From the human T2T-CHM13v2.0 reference genome, Homo sapiens, in assembly GCF_009914755.1 (NCBI RefSeq), contig NC_060925.1: a DNA stretch of 64,000 nucleotides, one strand, 5' to 3'. The notes under the pieces were generated by a model that did not search any database, was not told the DNA's origin, and saw only the letters and a list, made by a program, of their open reading frames with translations. Positions 1 to 15,095 of this stretch are shown here, piece by piece. Numbering within the stretch: the first letter of the stretch is position 1; each line of letters starts with the position of its first letter. Made by a program: the position numbers and the translations under genes.

Positions 1-171
1 TGAGGGCGATTTTACACACACTCATACATCTGCAGCATGGGCACAGGATATTTCTGGAAGCCCACTATGATACATATGAAATGGATACTGGTGGTTGCCT
101 CCAGGGAGAGGGTTGAGAGTATGAAGGCCACTTAATTTTCATTACATAGTCCCTTTGAACTTTTAGATATC

Positions 172-469
172 TTTTTTTTTTTTTTTTTTTTTTTTGAGAC
201 GGAGTCTCGCTTTGTTGCCAGGCTGGAGTGCAGTGGCACTATCTCGGCTCACCGCAAGCTCCGCCTCCTGGGTTCACACCATTCTCCTGCCTCAGTCTCC
301 TGAGTAGCTGGGACTGCAGGGGCACGCTGCCACGCCTGGCTAATTTTTTTGTATTTTTTTAGTAGAGATGGGGTTTCACCATGTTGGCCAGGCTGGTGAC
401 CCCAAGTGATCCACCCGCCTCAGCCTCCCAAAGTGTTGGGAGTACAGGCATGAGCCACCACACCTGGCC
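172..469 (-). mobile_element. Alu
   Basis: Poly-T followed by antisense Alu consensus. Confidence 0.95.
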
Positions 470-2524
470 TAGAATATCTTAAGAAAACTGTGTGCATATA
501 ATTTTTTTGCAAAAATAACCAGTGAATTAGAAAATTTTAAAAATTAAGCAGCTTAAATATGGCCTCGAGGATGAAGGCCTTGAGACGGCCTTAGAACCCC
601 ATGTGGCTTGACCCTTGAAGAAGGTGGACTGTTTTTAGAAAGGAAACTGCTCTCCAGGTGCTAGGCAGAGGCAGACAACAGAAACACAATAGTGTGTCCT
701 CCCCTCCTAGCAAATGTGCTTTGAGCTATCAGGCCTTCCCTCCCCTACTGTTTCTTAAGATGTGGCTACACCACCATGTGCCCTAAAGCTCTGAAGGAAA
801 AGGCCAAATCATAAAGGGGATTGCTGGAGTGTTATCTAGCTTGTAAAAGCTTAAAATAGTGTCCATGAGGTTCCTGAACTGATAGTGGTTTAAGAGGCCT
901 GCCCCCGAGGACTTGGCAGCCAGAGGGCCCGCTTTGTAAAAGCCGTGAGAGTTGCTCTCCTGACGGCAGAGCAAACACCTCACCTTGTGAAAACGACAAG
1001 CCATTTCCGCACAGGGTGTAATCTTTCCCACATCTGTGGTAGCAGCACTTTGGCGGCTCAGCTTCCCAGAGCTGCCAGCTGTGTTCCGAGCCAGACCCAC
1101 GTGCCAGGGCCAGTTTGGGTAGTGATCAGAAAAGAGCAGTCTCCCCGAAGTGAAACGCAAACACACATCCTCTAGCTTGGCGGGGCCCTTTGTGGAAATC
1201 TGTTCTGAGACAGTGCCATTGTTCACTTTCCTGACACTTGCCATGTCCAAGGCAAGGGAGGGGATGTAAGAAGAAGATCCAGACCAAACCCCTCTTGCAC
1301 AACTTGTCATTGGACAAATGAGAGAACTGAGATCCCAGAGAGGTTGGTTGGTTTTTCCCAGGCTACAGTGTTGGAGTTGGGACTAGTCCCCAGGGTGTGC
1401 CTTGTCCCACGGCTATTTTTTGTCATCCTACTCCTCCTGTAAGACATGGTCCCTGTGCACACATGGCTTACAGACATGTAAAAAAAGTGACAGCACAAAG
1501 TATCACATGCCAAGAACCTAACAGTGGTTTCTTCACTGAACAGGCATCCAGGGAAAGGAACAGTCACCAGGGGCCTCATGGAAGGAGAAGGCACGAAGCA
1601 GGGGACAGTGGGAGGCACACACAAGCAGGGTGAAGGCCGGCAGTGGAAGCAAAAGTGTGTGGGGCACTGAGAGAAGGGCATGATTAGTAAGACCGGGACA
1701 GTGGTTGAAAGAGCAGCTTCTGAAGAGAAAGACAGAGAGGTGGAGGAAGGGCAGGAACCAATTGCCAGGCCAATGCTGGAATCTTGACTGTGCATGTAAG
1801 CCAAGTCAGCAGAGGCTCTGGACCCTCTGCTTGGGAAAGATCAGGCAGCCAGTGTGTAGGATTGTTTCTAGGATGCAAAGAGACCCCAATTAAAGCCCAG
1901 TTTTTTAAAAATGTTAATAAAGTGCCAAGGACTTGGACTCAGGAATTGGCAGCAAGTTCGGAAAGGAAAGAGATAGGACATTGAAGAGCTGGTCACCGGC
2001 AGAATGCTAAGAGAAAATAAGTGAGAGAATTAATTAAGTAACAAAAGTATAAGCTAATTTTGTCTGTTACAAACAAAATTAGCTAAAGGCAAAAAAAGAT
2101 GAAAATTTCTTCTAAAAATGTTATTCCAAAGTAGTCTTTCTTAAAAGCAGATCTGACAAGGAATATTACCTTGCCTGAAACCTTTCGGTAGTTCTCTCAA
2201 GGCACAAACACCCTTGCATCACTTAAAAGGCCCTGTGTGATGTGACCGCCTCCTATTTCTGAAGCCTCGGGTTACCAGTCATAAGAAATAACTAGCAGGT
2301 TCCAAAATACACCAGTCCTCCTTGCCAGCACCTCCCTACCTGGAAAACACCACACATCTCTCAGGACTCAGCTCAGCTCTCGTGTCCCTTCATCACCTGT
2401 TTAGTGTGATCCTAAAGGCTTCACTGCCTCCTCCCCAAGACAGAAGCAGTCTCAGCCTTTCCTTTGCATCTCCAGTGCCCTCTGTCCTCGAGGAAAAGCA
2501 GGTAGTATAGCTTGGTTCACATTA

Positions 2525-3088
<564 letters not shown>

Positions 3089-3092
3089 TCAG

Positions 3093-3635
3093 GAGAAGAC
3101 ACAGCTGCCCTTGGACAGGCTCCTGATAGACTGGCCCACGCCTGAAGATCCTGAACCGCTGGTCATCAGTGAAGTCCTTCATCAAGTGACCCCAGTTTTC
3201 AGACATCCCCCCTGCTCCAACTGGCCACAAAGGGAAAAAGGAATCCAAGGTCATCAGGCCTCTGAGAAAGACATGATGCACAGTGCCTCAAGCCCACCAC
3301 CTCCAAGAGCTCTCCAAGCTGAGAGCAGACAACTGGTGGATCTGTACAAGGTGCTGGAGAGCAGGGGCTCCGACCCAAAGCCAGAAAACCCAGCCTGTCC
3401 CTGGACGGTGCTCCCAGCAGGTGACCTTCCCACCCATGATGGCTACTTACCCTCCAACATAGATGACCTCCCCTCACATGAGGCACCTCTCGCTGACTCT
3501 CTGGAAGAACTGGAGCCTCAGCACATCTCCCTTTCTGTTTTCCCCTCAAGTTCTCTTCACCCACTCACCTTCTCCTGTGGTGATAAGCTGACTCTGGATC
3601 AGTTAAAGATGAGGTGTGACTCCCTCATGCTCTGA
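3093..3635 (+). CDS. IL12RB2: IL-12 receptor beta-2, last coding exon (cytoplasmic tail)
   Basis: Polypyrimidine tract + AG (3091-3092), then [22 protein letters not shown]...[12 protein letters not shown]...KMRCDSLML* (TGA 3633-3635), which matches the human IL12RB2 C-terminus. YLPSNID (3444-3464) is the known STAT4 docking motif. Confidence 0.97.
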   Translation, partial: EKTQLPLDRLLIDWPTPEDPEPLVISEVLHQVTPVFRHPPCSNWPQREKGIQGHQASEKDMMHSASSPPPPRALQAESRQLVDLYKVLESRGSDPKPENPACPWTVLPAGDLPTHDGYLPSNIDDLPSHEAPLADSLEELEPQHISLSVFPSSSLHPLTFSCGDKLTLDQLKMRCDSLML

Positions 3636-4046
3636 GTGGTGAGGCTTCAAGCCTTAAAGTCAGTGTGCCCTCAACCAGCACAGCCTGCCCCAATTCCCCC
3701 AGCCCCTGCTCCAGCAGCTGTCATCTCTGGGTGCCACCATCGGTCTGGCTGCAGCTAGAGGACAGGCAAGCCAGCTCTGGGGGAGTCTTAGGAACTGGGA
3801 GTTGGTCTTCACTCAGATGCCTCATCTTGCCTTTCCCAGGGCCTTAAAATTACATCCTTCACTGTGTGGACCTAGAGACTCCAACTTGAATTCCTAGTAA
3901 CTTTCTTGGTATGCTGGCCAGAAAGGGAAATGAGGAGGAGAGTAGAAACCACAGCTCTTAGTAGTAATGGCATACAGTCTAGAGGACCATTCATGCAATG
4001 ACTATTTCTAAAGCACCTGCTACACAGCAGGCTGTACACAGCAGAT

Positions 4047-4238
4047 CAGTACTGTTCAACAGAACTTCCTGAGATGATGGAAATGTTCTACCTCTGCACT
4101 CACTGTCCAGTACATTAGACACTAGGCACATTGGCTGTTAATCACTTGGAATGTGTTTAGCTTGACTGAGGAATTAAATTTTGATTGTAAATTTAAATCG
4201 CCACACATGGCTAGTGGCTACTGTATTGGAGTGCACAG
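4047..4238 (+). mobile_element. MER3 (hAT-Charlie) in IL12RB2 3'UTR
   Basis: ...GATGATGGAAATGTTCTA...CCACACATGGCTAGTGGCTACTGTATTGGA resembles the MER3 consensus. Confidence 0.8.
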
Positions 4239-4396
4239 CTCTAGATGGCTCCTAGATTATTGAGAGCCTTCAAAACAAATCAACCTAGTTCTATAGATGA
4301 AGACATAAAAGACACTGGTAAACACCAATGTAAAAGGGCCCCCAAGGTGGTCATGACTGGTCTCATTTGCAGAAGTCTAAGAATGTACCTTTTTCT

Positions 4397-4693
4397 GGCC
4401 GGGCGTGGTAGCTCATGCCTGTAATCCCAGCACTTTGGGAGGCTGAGGCAGGCGGATCATGAGGTCAGGAGATCGAGACCATTCTGGCTAACATGGTGAA
4501 ACCCCATCTCTACTAAAAATATTTTTAAAAAAAATTAACTGGGCGTGATGGCGGGCGCCTGTAGTCCCAGCTACTCGGGAGGCTGAGGGAGGAGAATGAC
4601 ATGAACCTGGGAGGTGGGGCTTGCAGTGAGCCACTGCACTCCAGCCTGGGCAACAGAGCAAGACTCTGTCTCAAAAAAGAAAAAAAAAAAAAA
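4397..4693 (+). mobile_element. Alu (AluY-like) in IL12RB2 3'UTR
   Basis: Dimer with 17-bp TSD AAGAATGTACCTTTTTC (4379 and 4692). Confidence 0.95.
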
Positions 4694-5730
4694 GAATGTA
4701 CCTTTTTCCTAGATTTGCTGGTTTATTGTTTTATTTTGGCTTCATCCTCTTTCAGCAAATCAAGGGCAGCTGGATGGTGAAGACCTATATTGTAAACTCA
4801 CCATAGTACCATAGTACCTTGGGCAACCCAGCCTCCCACTCTGAATCTCGGGTGTCTTGTAAAGGGCTGGACCAAAGGCTCCCTGACCCCTTGTTTCCTC
4901 TCCTTTTTGCTGCAGCAGGCCCTGCCTTCAGGACCAGGGCTGTCTCAGGGTCTAAGACCCCAACCTCTGAGGTTGTCCTCAGAAGTGGTCTGTCCCCTGT
5001 TCCCAAAGGCACAGCTTTCATTCCCGGAGAAGATATTGAGCTGGTCCTCTGCCAGCTCAAGTTGAGCCTGGAAGATAACTCTCTTTTCCACAACATGGAC
5101 TTGGAACATGATCCATGTTTTGCTCTTTAAAGCTGTGGCCCCTGGCTTGCCACCCTCCCTAGCCCATTGCTGCCTCTGTCTCTTCACCATAGGCACTTCT
5201 GCCAAACTAGTGGAGAAGTCTTGGTCTAAACTGCTAATAATGCTCTTCCCTAAAGAACAGGATAAAAGATCCAAAATACTTTTTCTTAAATTCCTGTCAA
5301 GCCTGGGGTCCACCCCGTACCCCTTCCCACATGAACGCTGGAACTGAGATGGCTTCCCCATCATCGTCTGGATTTTCATTTAACAAAGTACTTGTTGTAA
5401 ATGTGTACTTCTTGCCTAACGTGAGGAACTAAAAACTTGTCCATGCATACCCCAGTCCTGTAGAAATAACTGTTCTCGGGCTTTAGGTTTTCCAGATTTC
5501 CCTCAGAGCTCTAGAAACTGAGCGATGGACAGTTGCTCTGCTTCTTCAGGTTGGAACTCTTGATACATCCTTGTTTCCTGAAATTCCAAACTTAACACCT
5601 ATAGTTCTCTCAGGCTTTTTTTGAAAAGTTCCTTCGTTTCTATTTCTATTCCACTCTATTTAGCTATTATTGTGCGGCACCCCCAATGGTTCCTTTCCTC
5701 TCAGCATCGCTGTAGCTTGCCTGTACCCAG

Positions 5731-5796
5731 GACATGCCCTTGACTGGCACAAACCGTGACAGACATGCCCTTGACTGGCACAAACCATGACAGACA
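5731..5796 (+). repeat. 31-bp tandem duplication
   Basis: GACATGCCCTTGACTGGCACAAACCRTGACA x2, 1 mismatch. Confidence 0.97.
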
Positions 5797-6259
5797 AGGC
5801 CACCTCCTCAGAAGCGGAACAACCTATTATCTTTTGGCAATGGGAGCTAACTTCACTGTTTTCTTACAATACCTGGTTTTTCCTATCTTTGGTTTCCTTT
5901 TGATTATCTCTCATCCATCTCAGCCACTATTCTCCTCCCCTCCCTTGTGTCTACAACACCCCATTTTACCAAGTCTCCCATTTAACCTCCCCATCCTTTT
6001 CTTTCCCTTAAAGTCTCATATGATACTGCAGTCCTCATTTGTCTTCCCAAAAAAAAAAAAGAATTTTTTTTTTTTTAAGGAATCCTTCCTTGACTCCTAA
6101 AGACTCCTAAGGATGCTGAGGCCTCCTCAGCATGATTTCCATATACTTACTTTCTCTGTTGGACTGCAGACAACTTGAAAGCAGGAACTTTGGCAGTGTT
6201 TCCCCAGCACCAGCATCATGCCTGGTCCATAGTAGCTACCAATAAAAAAGTAAGCATCA

Positions 6260-6829
6260 TGAACCCAAAAGTATCTGAGAAAGGTCTCAATTAATTTAAA
6301 AAGTTTTTATTTTGCTAAGGTTAAGGACACACATGACCCACCCTCAGAAGGTCCGGAGGACATGTGCCCAAAGTGGTTAAGGCACAGCTTGGTTTTATAC
6401 ATTTTAGGGAGATATAAGACATCAATCAACATATGTAAGATGTACATTGGTTGGGTCTGGAAAGGCAGGATAACTCAAAGTGGGGGCTTCCAGGTCATAG
6501 GTAAATAAGAGACAAAAGATTGCATTCTTTTGGGGTTTTGATCAGCCTTTTACTAAATACACAATTTACATGTGAGAAGGAGGTAGCTCAGGTGAACAGA
6601 GGGATGACTTTGAGTTCTGTGTATCCTTTGTCCCACACTTGTGAAGATCAGCTATGGTGAAATTCAACAGAACTGTTTTAGAGTAAAGATCTTGAAGCCC
6701 TCGTAGGCAAATTGTGAGGAAAGTATGCAGTTTTTCGGGGGAGAAGGGGAATAAAATGGGAGGCAGCTTTGCCTGATGCAGTTCCCAGCTTGACTTTTCC
6801 CTTTGCCTTAGACTGATTGTCTTTTCGCA
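6260..6829 (-). mobile_element. MER4A-type ERV1 solo LTR
   Basis: TGAACCCAAAAGTATCTGAGA..GGTCTCAA..GCACAGCTTGGTTTTATACATTTTAGGGAGA matches reverse MER4A/MER4A1. Confidence 0.8.
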
Positions 6830-7244
6830 GCAGTATCACTTGCCACTGCTTTGTCTTATTCTTTCTATTCCAGAAGCCAGCCCATCTGTGCCCATTTCCT
6901 CCTTATTGGAACAATTGTTTGCATTCGTTCATTTTCCTCCCCAAACCCCATTCTCTCCCATTTGTTGACAGCACCATTGTGATGCATGGAGGGGTGTTTC
7001 TCATTTTAAAGATGTATTTGAGCATGTCTTTGGCAGCTCACTCTGCCAGATAAGGTGTCCTCTTTCCATGAATGACAGAAGATGGGTAACTCTGTTCTGC
7101 CATTGCCCCAAGCGGTTTTCACAATCTGCCCTTCTCCCCTCTGCCCCCCACCACTAGTAAAAACCCCAAACCAAGTTGCTAGGTTCACCAGATCTAGGTG
7201 ATACTCACCAACATACAGCTAGGCTTTCATTCCTCAGGAAAATT

Positions 7245-9265
7245 GCAATTTTGTGGTCTTATAATGATATATATTGGTTTCCATCCATGGTTGCGGGCTC
7301 CTGATGTCAGAGGTGTTTGAACCAAAGCAACTCCATCTTGAATAGAGGCTGGGTAACATAAGGCTGAGACCTACTGGGCTGCATTCTCAGGAGGTTAGGC
7401 ATTCTTAGTCACAGGATGAGATAGGTTGGCACAAGATGTCACAAAGACCCTGCTGATAAAAGAGATTGTGGTAAAGAAGCCAAACAAAACCCACCAAAAC
7501 CAAGATGGTGACGAAAGTGACCTCTGGTCATCCTCACGCTTATTATATGCTAATTATAATGCATATAATTAGCATATAATATGCATATGTTAACATGCTA
7601 ACAGACACTCCCTCCATGACAGTTTACAAATGCCAAGGCAACGTCAGAAAGTTACCCTATAGGGTTTAAAAGGGGGAGAAACTCACAGCTCTGGGAATTG
7701 CCTACTCCTTTCCTGGAAAACTCATGAATAATTCACCTCTTGTTTAGCATATAATCAAGAAATAACTCAGGCCAGGCATGGTGACTCACGCCTGTAATCC
7801 GAGCACTTTGGGAGGCTGAGGTGGGTGGATCACCTGAGGTGTCAGGAGTTCCAGACCAGACTGGCCAACATGGTGAAACCCCATCTGTACTAAAAATACA
7901 AAATTAGTCAGGCATAGTGGCATGCGCCTATAATCCCAGCTACTCAGGTGGCTGAGACGAGAATCGCTTTGAACCCGGGAGGTGGAGGTTGCAGTGAGCC
8001 GAGATTGCACCATTGCACTCCAGCCTGGGCAACACAGCGAGACTGTCACAAACAAACAAACAAACAACAACAACAACAAAACTGTAAGTATACTCAATTG
8101 AGCAGCCCACGCTGTTGCTCTATGGAGTAGCCATTCTTTCATTCCTTTACTTTCTTAATAAACTTACTTTCGCTTTACTCTGTGGATTCACCTCAAATTC
8201 TTTCTTGTTCAAGATCCAAGAATCCCCTCTTGGGGTCTGGATGGGACTCCATTGTTATGGATGTCCCATAACAATAACTCCCGTAGCCCTCCTCAGTCTT
8301 TTGCTATGTTGGGTGTGTCAGGCCTCAGGGACCAGCCTCTGACCTTCTCCTATCCTCCTTTCACTCTAACATTCCCCTGCCTTTCCAATTGTGAGTCTTA
8401 AGACCCTCCCATGAGAGGGTCCCACCCATACCCTGGGAGAAGGAAGGCTGATGTCATGAAGCTTCCATAAAAACCCAAGAGGGCCAGGCACGGTTGGCTC
8501 ACACCTGTAATCCCAGCACTTTTGGAGGCCGAGGTGGGTGGATGACTCTAGGCCAGGAGTTCGAGACCAGCCTGGCTAATATGGCAAAAACCCCATTTCC
8601 ACTAAAAATACAAAAATTAACCAAGCATGGTGGCACATGCCCATAATCTTGACTACTTGGAAGGCTGGGGCATGAGAATCGCTTGAACTAGGGAGGTGGA
8701 GGTTGGGGTGAGCCAAGATCATGCCACTGCACTCCAGCCTGGGCGACAGGGCAAGACTGTCTTAAAAGACAACAACAAAAAGCAAAACCCAAGAGGACTG
8801 GATTCAGAGAGCGTGAGAGCGTCCAGATGATAGCTGAACATGTGGAGATTCCTAAAAGGTGGCGCATGGGAGCTCCATGCCCCTTCCCCCATTCCTTGCA
8901 CTACATATCTCTTTATCTGTATCCTTTGGAATAAACCAATCAAAGTTGTGTCTCGGAGTTCTGTGAGCTGCTCCAGTAAATTAATCAAACCCAAAGAAGG
9001 GGCTGTGGGAACAACTTGAAGCTGATCGGTCAGAAGTTCCAGGGGGCTGGACTTACAACCGGTGGGAGTGGGACAGTCTTGGGGACTGAGCCCGCAACTT
9101 GTGGGATCTGACACTATCTCTGGGTTCCCAATACCCAGAATAGTGTTGGCACTGAATTAGAGGACACCCAGATGACGTCTGCTGCTTGGTGTGGGGAAAC
9201 ACCCCCTGATGTCCACCATCTGGTCACAGAAGTTGCTTCTGTATTTAGTTGTGGTCTGAGAGTAA
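7245..9265 (+). mobile_element. MER21A/B LTR, interrupted by MER41B (7305-8273) and an Alu (8482-8783)
   Basis: GTCATGAAGCTTCCATAAAAACCCAAGAGG..GATAGCTGAACATGTGGAG..GTGGGATCTGACACTATCTC; Alu TSD AAAACCCAAGAG. Confidence 0.75.
7305..8273 (+). mobile_element. MER41B ERV1 solo LTR, with Alu inserted at 7770-8081
   Basis: Starts TGTCAGAGGTGTTTGAACCAAAGCAACTCCATCTTGAATAG..., ends ...TGGGGTCTGGATGGGAC...TAACA. GAS region at 7689-7718. Confidence 0.88.
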
Positions 9266-10076
9266 AGCCCAGCTAATTTTTGTATTTTTTGTAGAGACAG
9301 GGTTTTGCAGTGTTGCTCAGGCTGGTCTCAAACTCCTAAACTCAAGTGATTCGCCTGCCTCGGCCTCCTCAAGTGCTGGGACTACAGGTGTGAGCCACCG
9401 CACTCAGCCCTTGAGTTCATTCTTAATGAATTCATGGAAATCCTCACCATCAACTGTGAGATCCTCACCATGAGTATCTTTGAAGGACCTCTCTTTCCCT
9501 GAAGCCAGAGATTTTATTTTCTGGGTTTCTGCCTACCTTATAGGCAATAGGAAAATTAAACTAGTGTTAGTTTTTTTCTCTTCCTTCTCTTCACATTATC
9601 CCAATTTTTCAGCTTCCATTAATAGCTTTTCAGCTTCAGCATTAAGTCACCAATCCCCTGAGACCTGTGAAAGCAATGCCAAACTAGGCACATTCTATTA
9701 TAGTCAGCTCCCCATGTACGATTCTTGGTTTATCTCCACCAGGTTCTACTCTTTTTAATCTAAATTAAAAATTTTGCATCTAATGCAGTTGTCACCTGTC
9801 CCAATAGCACCACTCAAGCCCTCCAAAGGAGGCATGTTTTCCTCTTCCTAACTTGCAGGACTCATGGAAGTTCACATTATCCACCTCTATGAAAGGCTTA
9901 CAGGTGGACCCTCATGAGTAAAGCACCTCTCAAGAGATCAGAGGGTCTTCTTCCCACCCTAGAAAAAGATAAGCAATTCAATCAATCTGCTGGCTGATGG
10001 AAACAAACTGGATCATTACATCACAGCCTGATTAGAATGAATTTCCAAAATAGATTAAAATTAAAGCCTTGCAAAA

Positions 10077-10140
<64 letters not shown>
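10077..10140. repeat. (CT)n(CA)n microsatellite
   Basis: Directly visible. Confidence 0.98.
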
Positions 10141-10142
<2 letters not shown>

Positions 10143-10153
10143 TATTTGCAACA

Positions 10154-12310
<2,157 letters not shown>

Positions 12311-14498
12311 CATAATAAGCCAATTTTTGCCAATTCCTATTCTAATAGGAATTGTTAATTACAGTCAGTAACACTAACAGTACTTAGTGCATAGAGTTTT
12401 TAAGGACTGTAAATCAGTTCTTACCACCACACAGGTGAGGAACAAATACAAAGGTTAAATAATAATGGAATTCACACAACTAATACCTTATACCAGACAG
12501 TCTAGTTTCAAAGCGTAACTTTTAAATACTCTCGAATTCCATTCTGTGCAAATGTTGTACAAGTTTACATCAATTGGCATTCTCACTGTAGTTGACTGTA
12601 ACTGTGATTCTGTACAAATCTTTGAAGTCTCCAAAAAACCTTTGAAATAAACTCAGACCAAAAAAAGTTATTTTTATGAGGCAACCAAAAACTGGTGTTT
12701 CCATACTTCTGAAGTTCTAGTTCATTCTTGGCTCTTGAGAAATCAACCTAAAAAAACAGATAAATTTAAAAACAAATTGACACTAGGACAAATCTGGCAC
12801 TCTTGAATTTGCTAACTTATCTACCCAGCTAATCTAAATCCTATAATACAAGGTACAGGTAGGCCACGAAAACGGAAGCACCACTCCTTGAAAAGAACTA
12901 TTTGAAGTAAACTGATAAATGGAGTATTTTAAGTCATTAATAAAAACATTCTTTTAAACAGGAACCAGAAAATATGCTCTTCCCTCTTTAATTGAAATAT
13001 CTAGAATTCCACCCAATTTACTTGACTTTTTCTAAAAATAAAGGCTATTTCTTAAACAAAAAGGAATTAGGGCTGTATTTAACTCAATTTTGTTGCTGAG
13101 CTGTTGAAACAAATAAGTGCCTTTCCTTCATTCTGTGATAAGTGGCTCCATACTTTGCTAGTGGTCACTTCTTTTCTTATTTACAAGTGTCAACACTATT
13201 CTAAAGTTGGCTCCTCTGAGACTTCAATCACATCACTAAGATACAAACCTCTCATACGCTGCCAAAGGGTCCCTGTAGGTCAATTCAGGCCTCTTTTCAA
13301 GTTCCACAACTTTAAGGAATTCTTCCATCAAGAGACCTTGGCATTGCCTATGCAAGACCGTGACAGGTGAGGTTCAAGATACCTTCCAATTTCAGGCATT
13401 TTACCACCTATAAGTAATAGGACCCAAGGAAACACTTCAAGGAAGGGCACAACACCCACTCACCCTCAGGGCATTTTCACTAGTTAGAAAAACTGTAAAA
13501 ACACTTACAAAATTGGATGAAAATTAGTAACAAAGAGCATTTCCTTCTTTTCACAACACTTGTTTCCAAAGTTTTTTTTTTCCAACTCTCATACTTAAAT
13601 TGACTGGATTCCTTTGCCTTCCTGTAAACACTTCAGAGTCTCTTTACCGACTCTAATCTGTCTTTGGCAGAGTAGCTGTAGAGATGGCTTAAAAAGAATT
13701 ACACCCACTTTTAACCTGCTTGTGAGATTAAAATAATTTGCAAGGATAATCAGTAAGTCATTTCATCAGCTACAGCTGCAATCTTCAATTCAAAATTTTT
13801 CATCTAAAAATCTGCAGTTATTTTTAAGGTTTAATAACCCTAAGCAGCAAGAGATTGATGATCTTGAAAAAAGGAAACATCCATGCTCTCCTGTAACTGA
13901 GAAGTGCTGGTTAAATTCTTTAATCAAGTTTATTGGAAATTTTCTCTTAATAAACTGTCAATTTTCTCCTGAAGAGAACCTCTCACGTTGTTTGTATTTT
14001 CACTTAGAAGTACTCAGCATACAAAGCATTTCTTAATTCAACATGACTTCCAGGTCTAGCATTTGACTAAAGATGCAAGAGGTCAGTCCAATTGTTAATA
14101 CTGGATTGTGTATCAACAAAATCTACTGAATTTCGTTGATATACTGTGACTAAGTGCCACTCCATCTTCAACGTATACTGTTATGAACAAAATACAGAGG
14201 TCTGAAGCACACACAATATACCTGCCATGTGTATTGATTTGCCTGTGACTAGTGACCAATGAACATCTGCCTTAAGAAAAGCTTTATCCAATCCAGGCTT
14301 CCAATACATTCTTCAGAAGATCCTGATTTAGGTTTTAGCACCTAAGTTAAAGGCTTGGCAAATATGCAAGAAATATACTACAAAGCTTAGAACACAAAAT
14401 CAAATTAAAACCAAATTATCTGTAGTTGTTAATGAAAAGTTCTTTTTATTAAAAAAAAAAAAAGTGGAAGTTTAACTAGAAATTCTGAATTTTGATCA

Positions 14499-15095
<597 letters not shown>

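Larger units (their letters stand above)
3636..6265 (+). other. IL12RB2: IL12RB2 3'UTR (long form; end approximate)
   Basis: Follows the stop codon; canonical AATAAA at 6241-6246. Shorter ends, including oligo-dT priming in the Alu A-tracts, are possible. Confidence 0.55.

Noticed and set aside
783-1984. Overlapping 60-175 aa ORFs in the last IL12RB2 intron
   Set aside because: No recognisable homology, many non-ATG starts, no splice-consistent exon; expected by chance.
3199-3564. 121-aa antisense ORF over the IL12RB2 exon
   Set aside because: Shadow ORF of a GC-rich coding exon.
4785-5600. ORF-rich unique sequence, possible processed pseudogene on the minus strand
   Set aside because: Manual translation gave no recognisable protein, and no poly(A)/TSD boundaries; treated as IL12RB2 3'UTR. 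TBLASTX would settle it.
5731-5796. Repeat-spacer-like pattern as a CRISPR array (also 49236-49294)
   Set aside because: Only two units in human DNA with no cas genes; these are local duplications.
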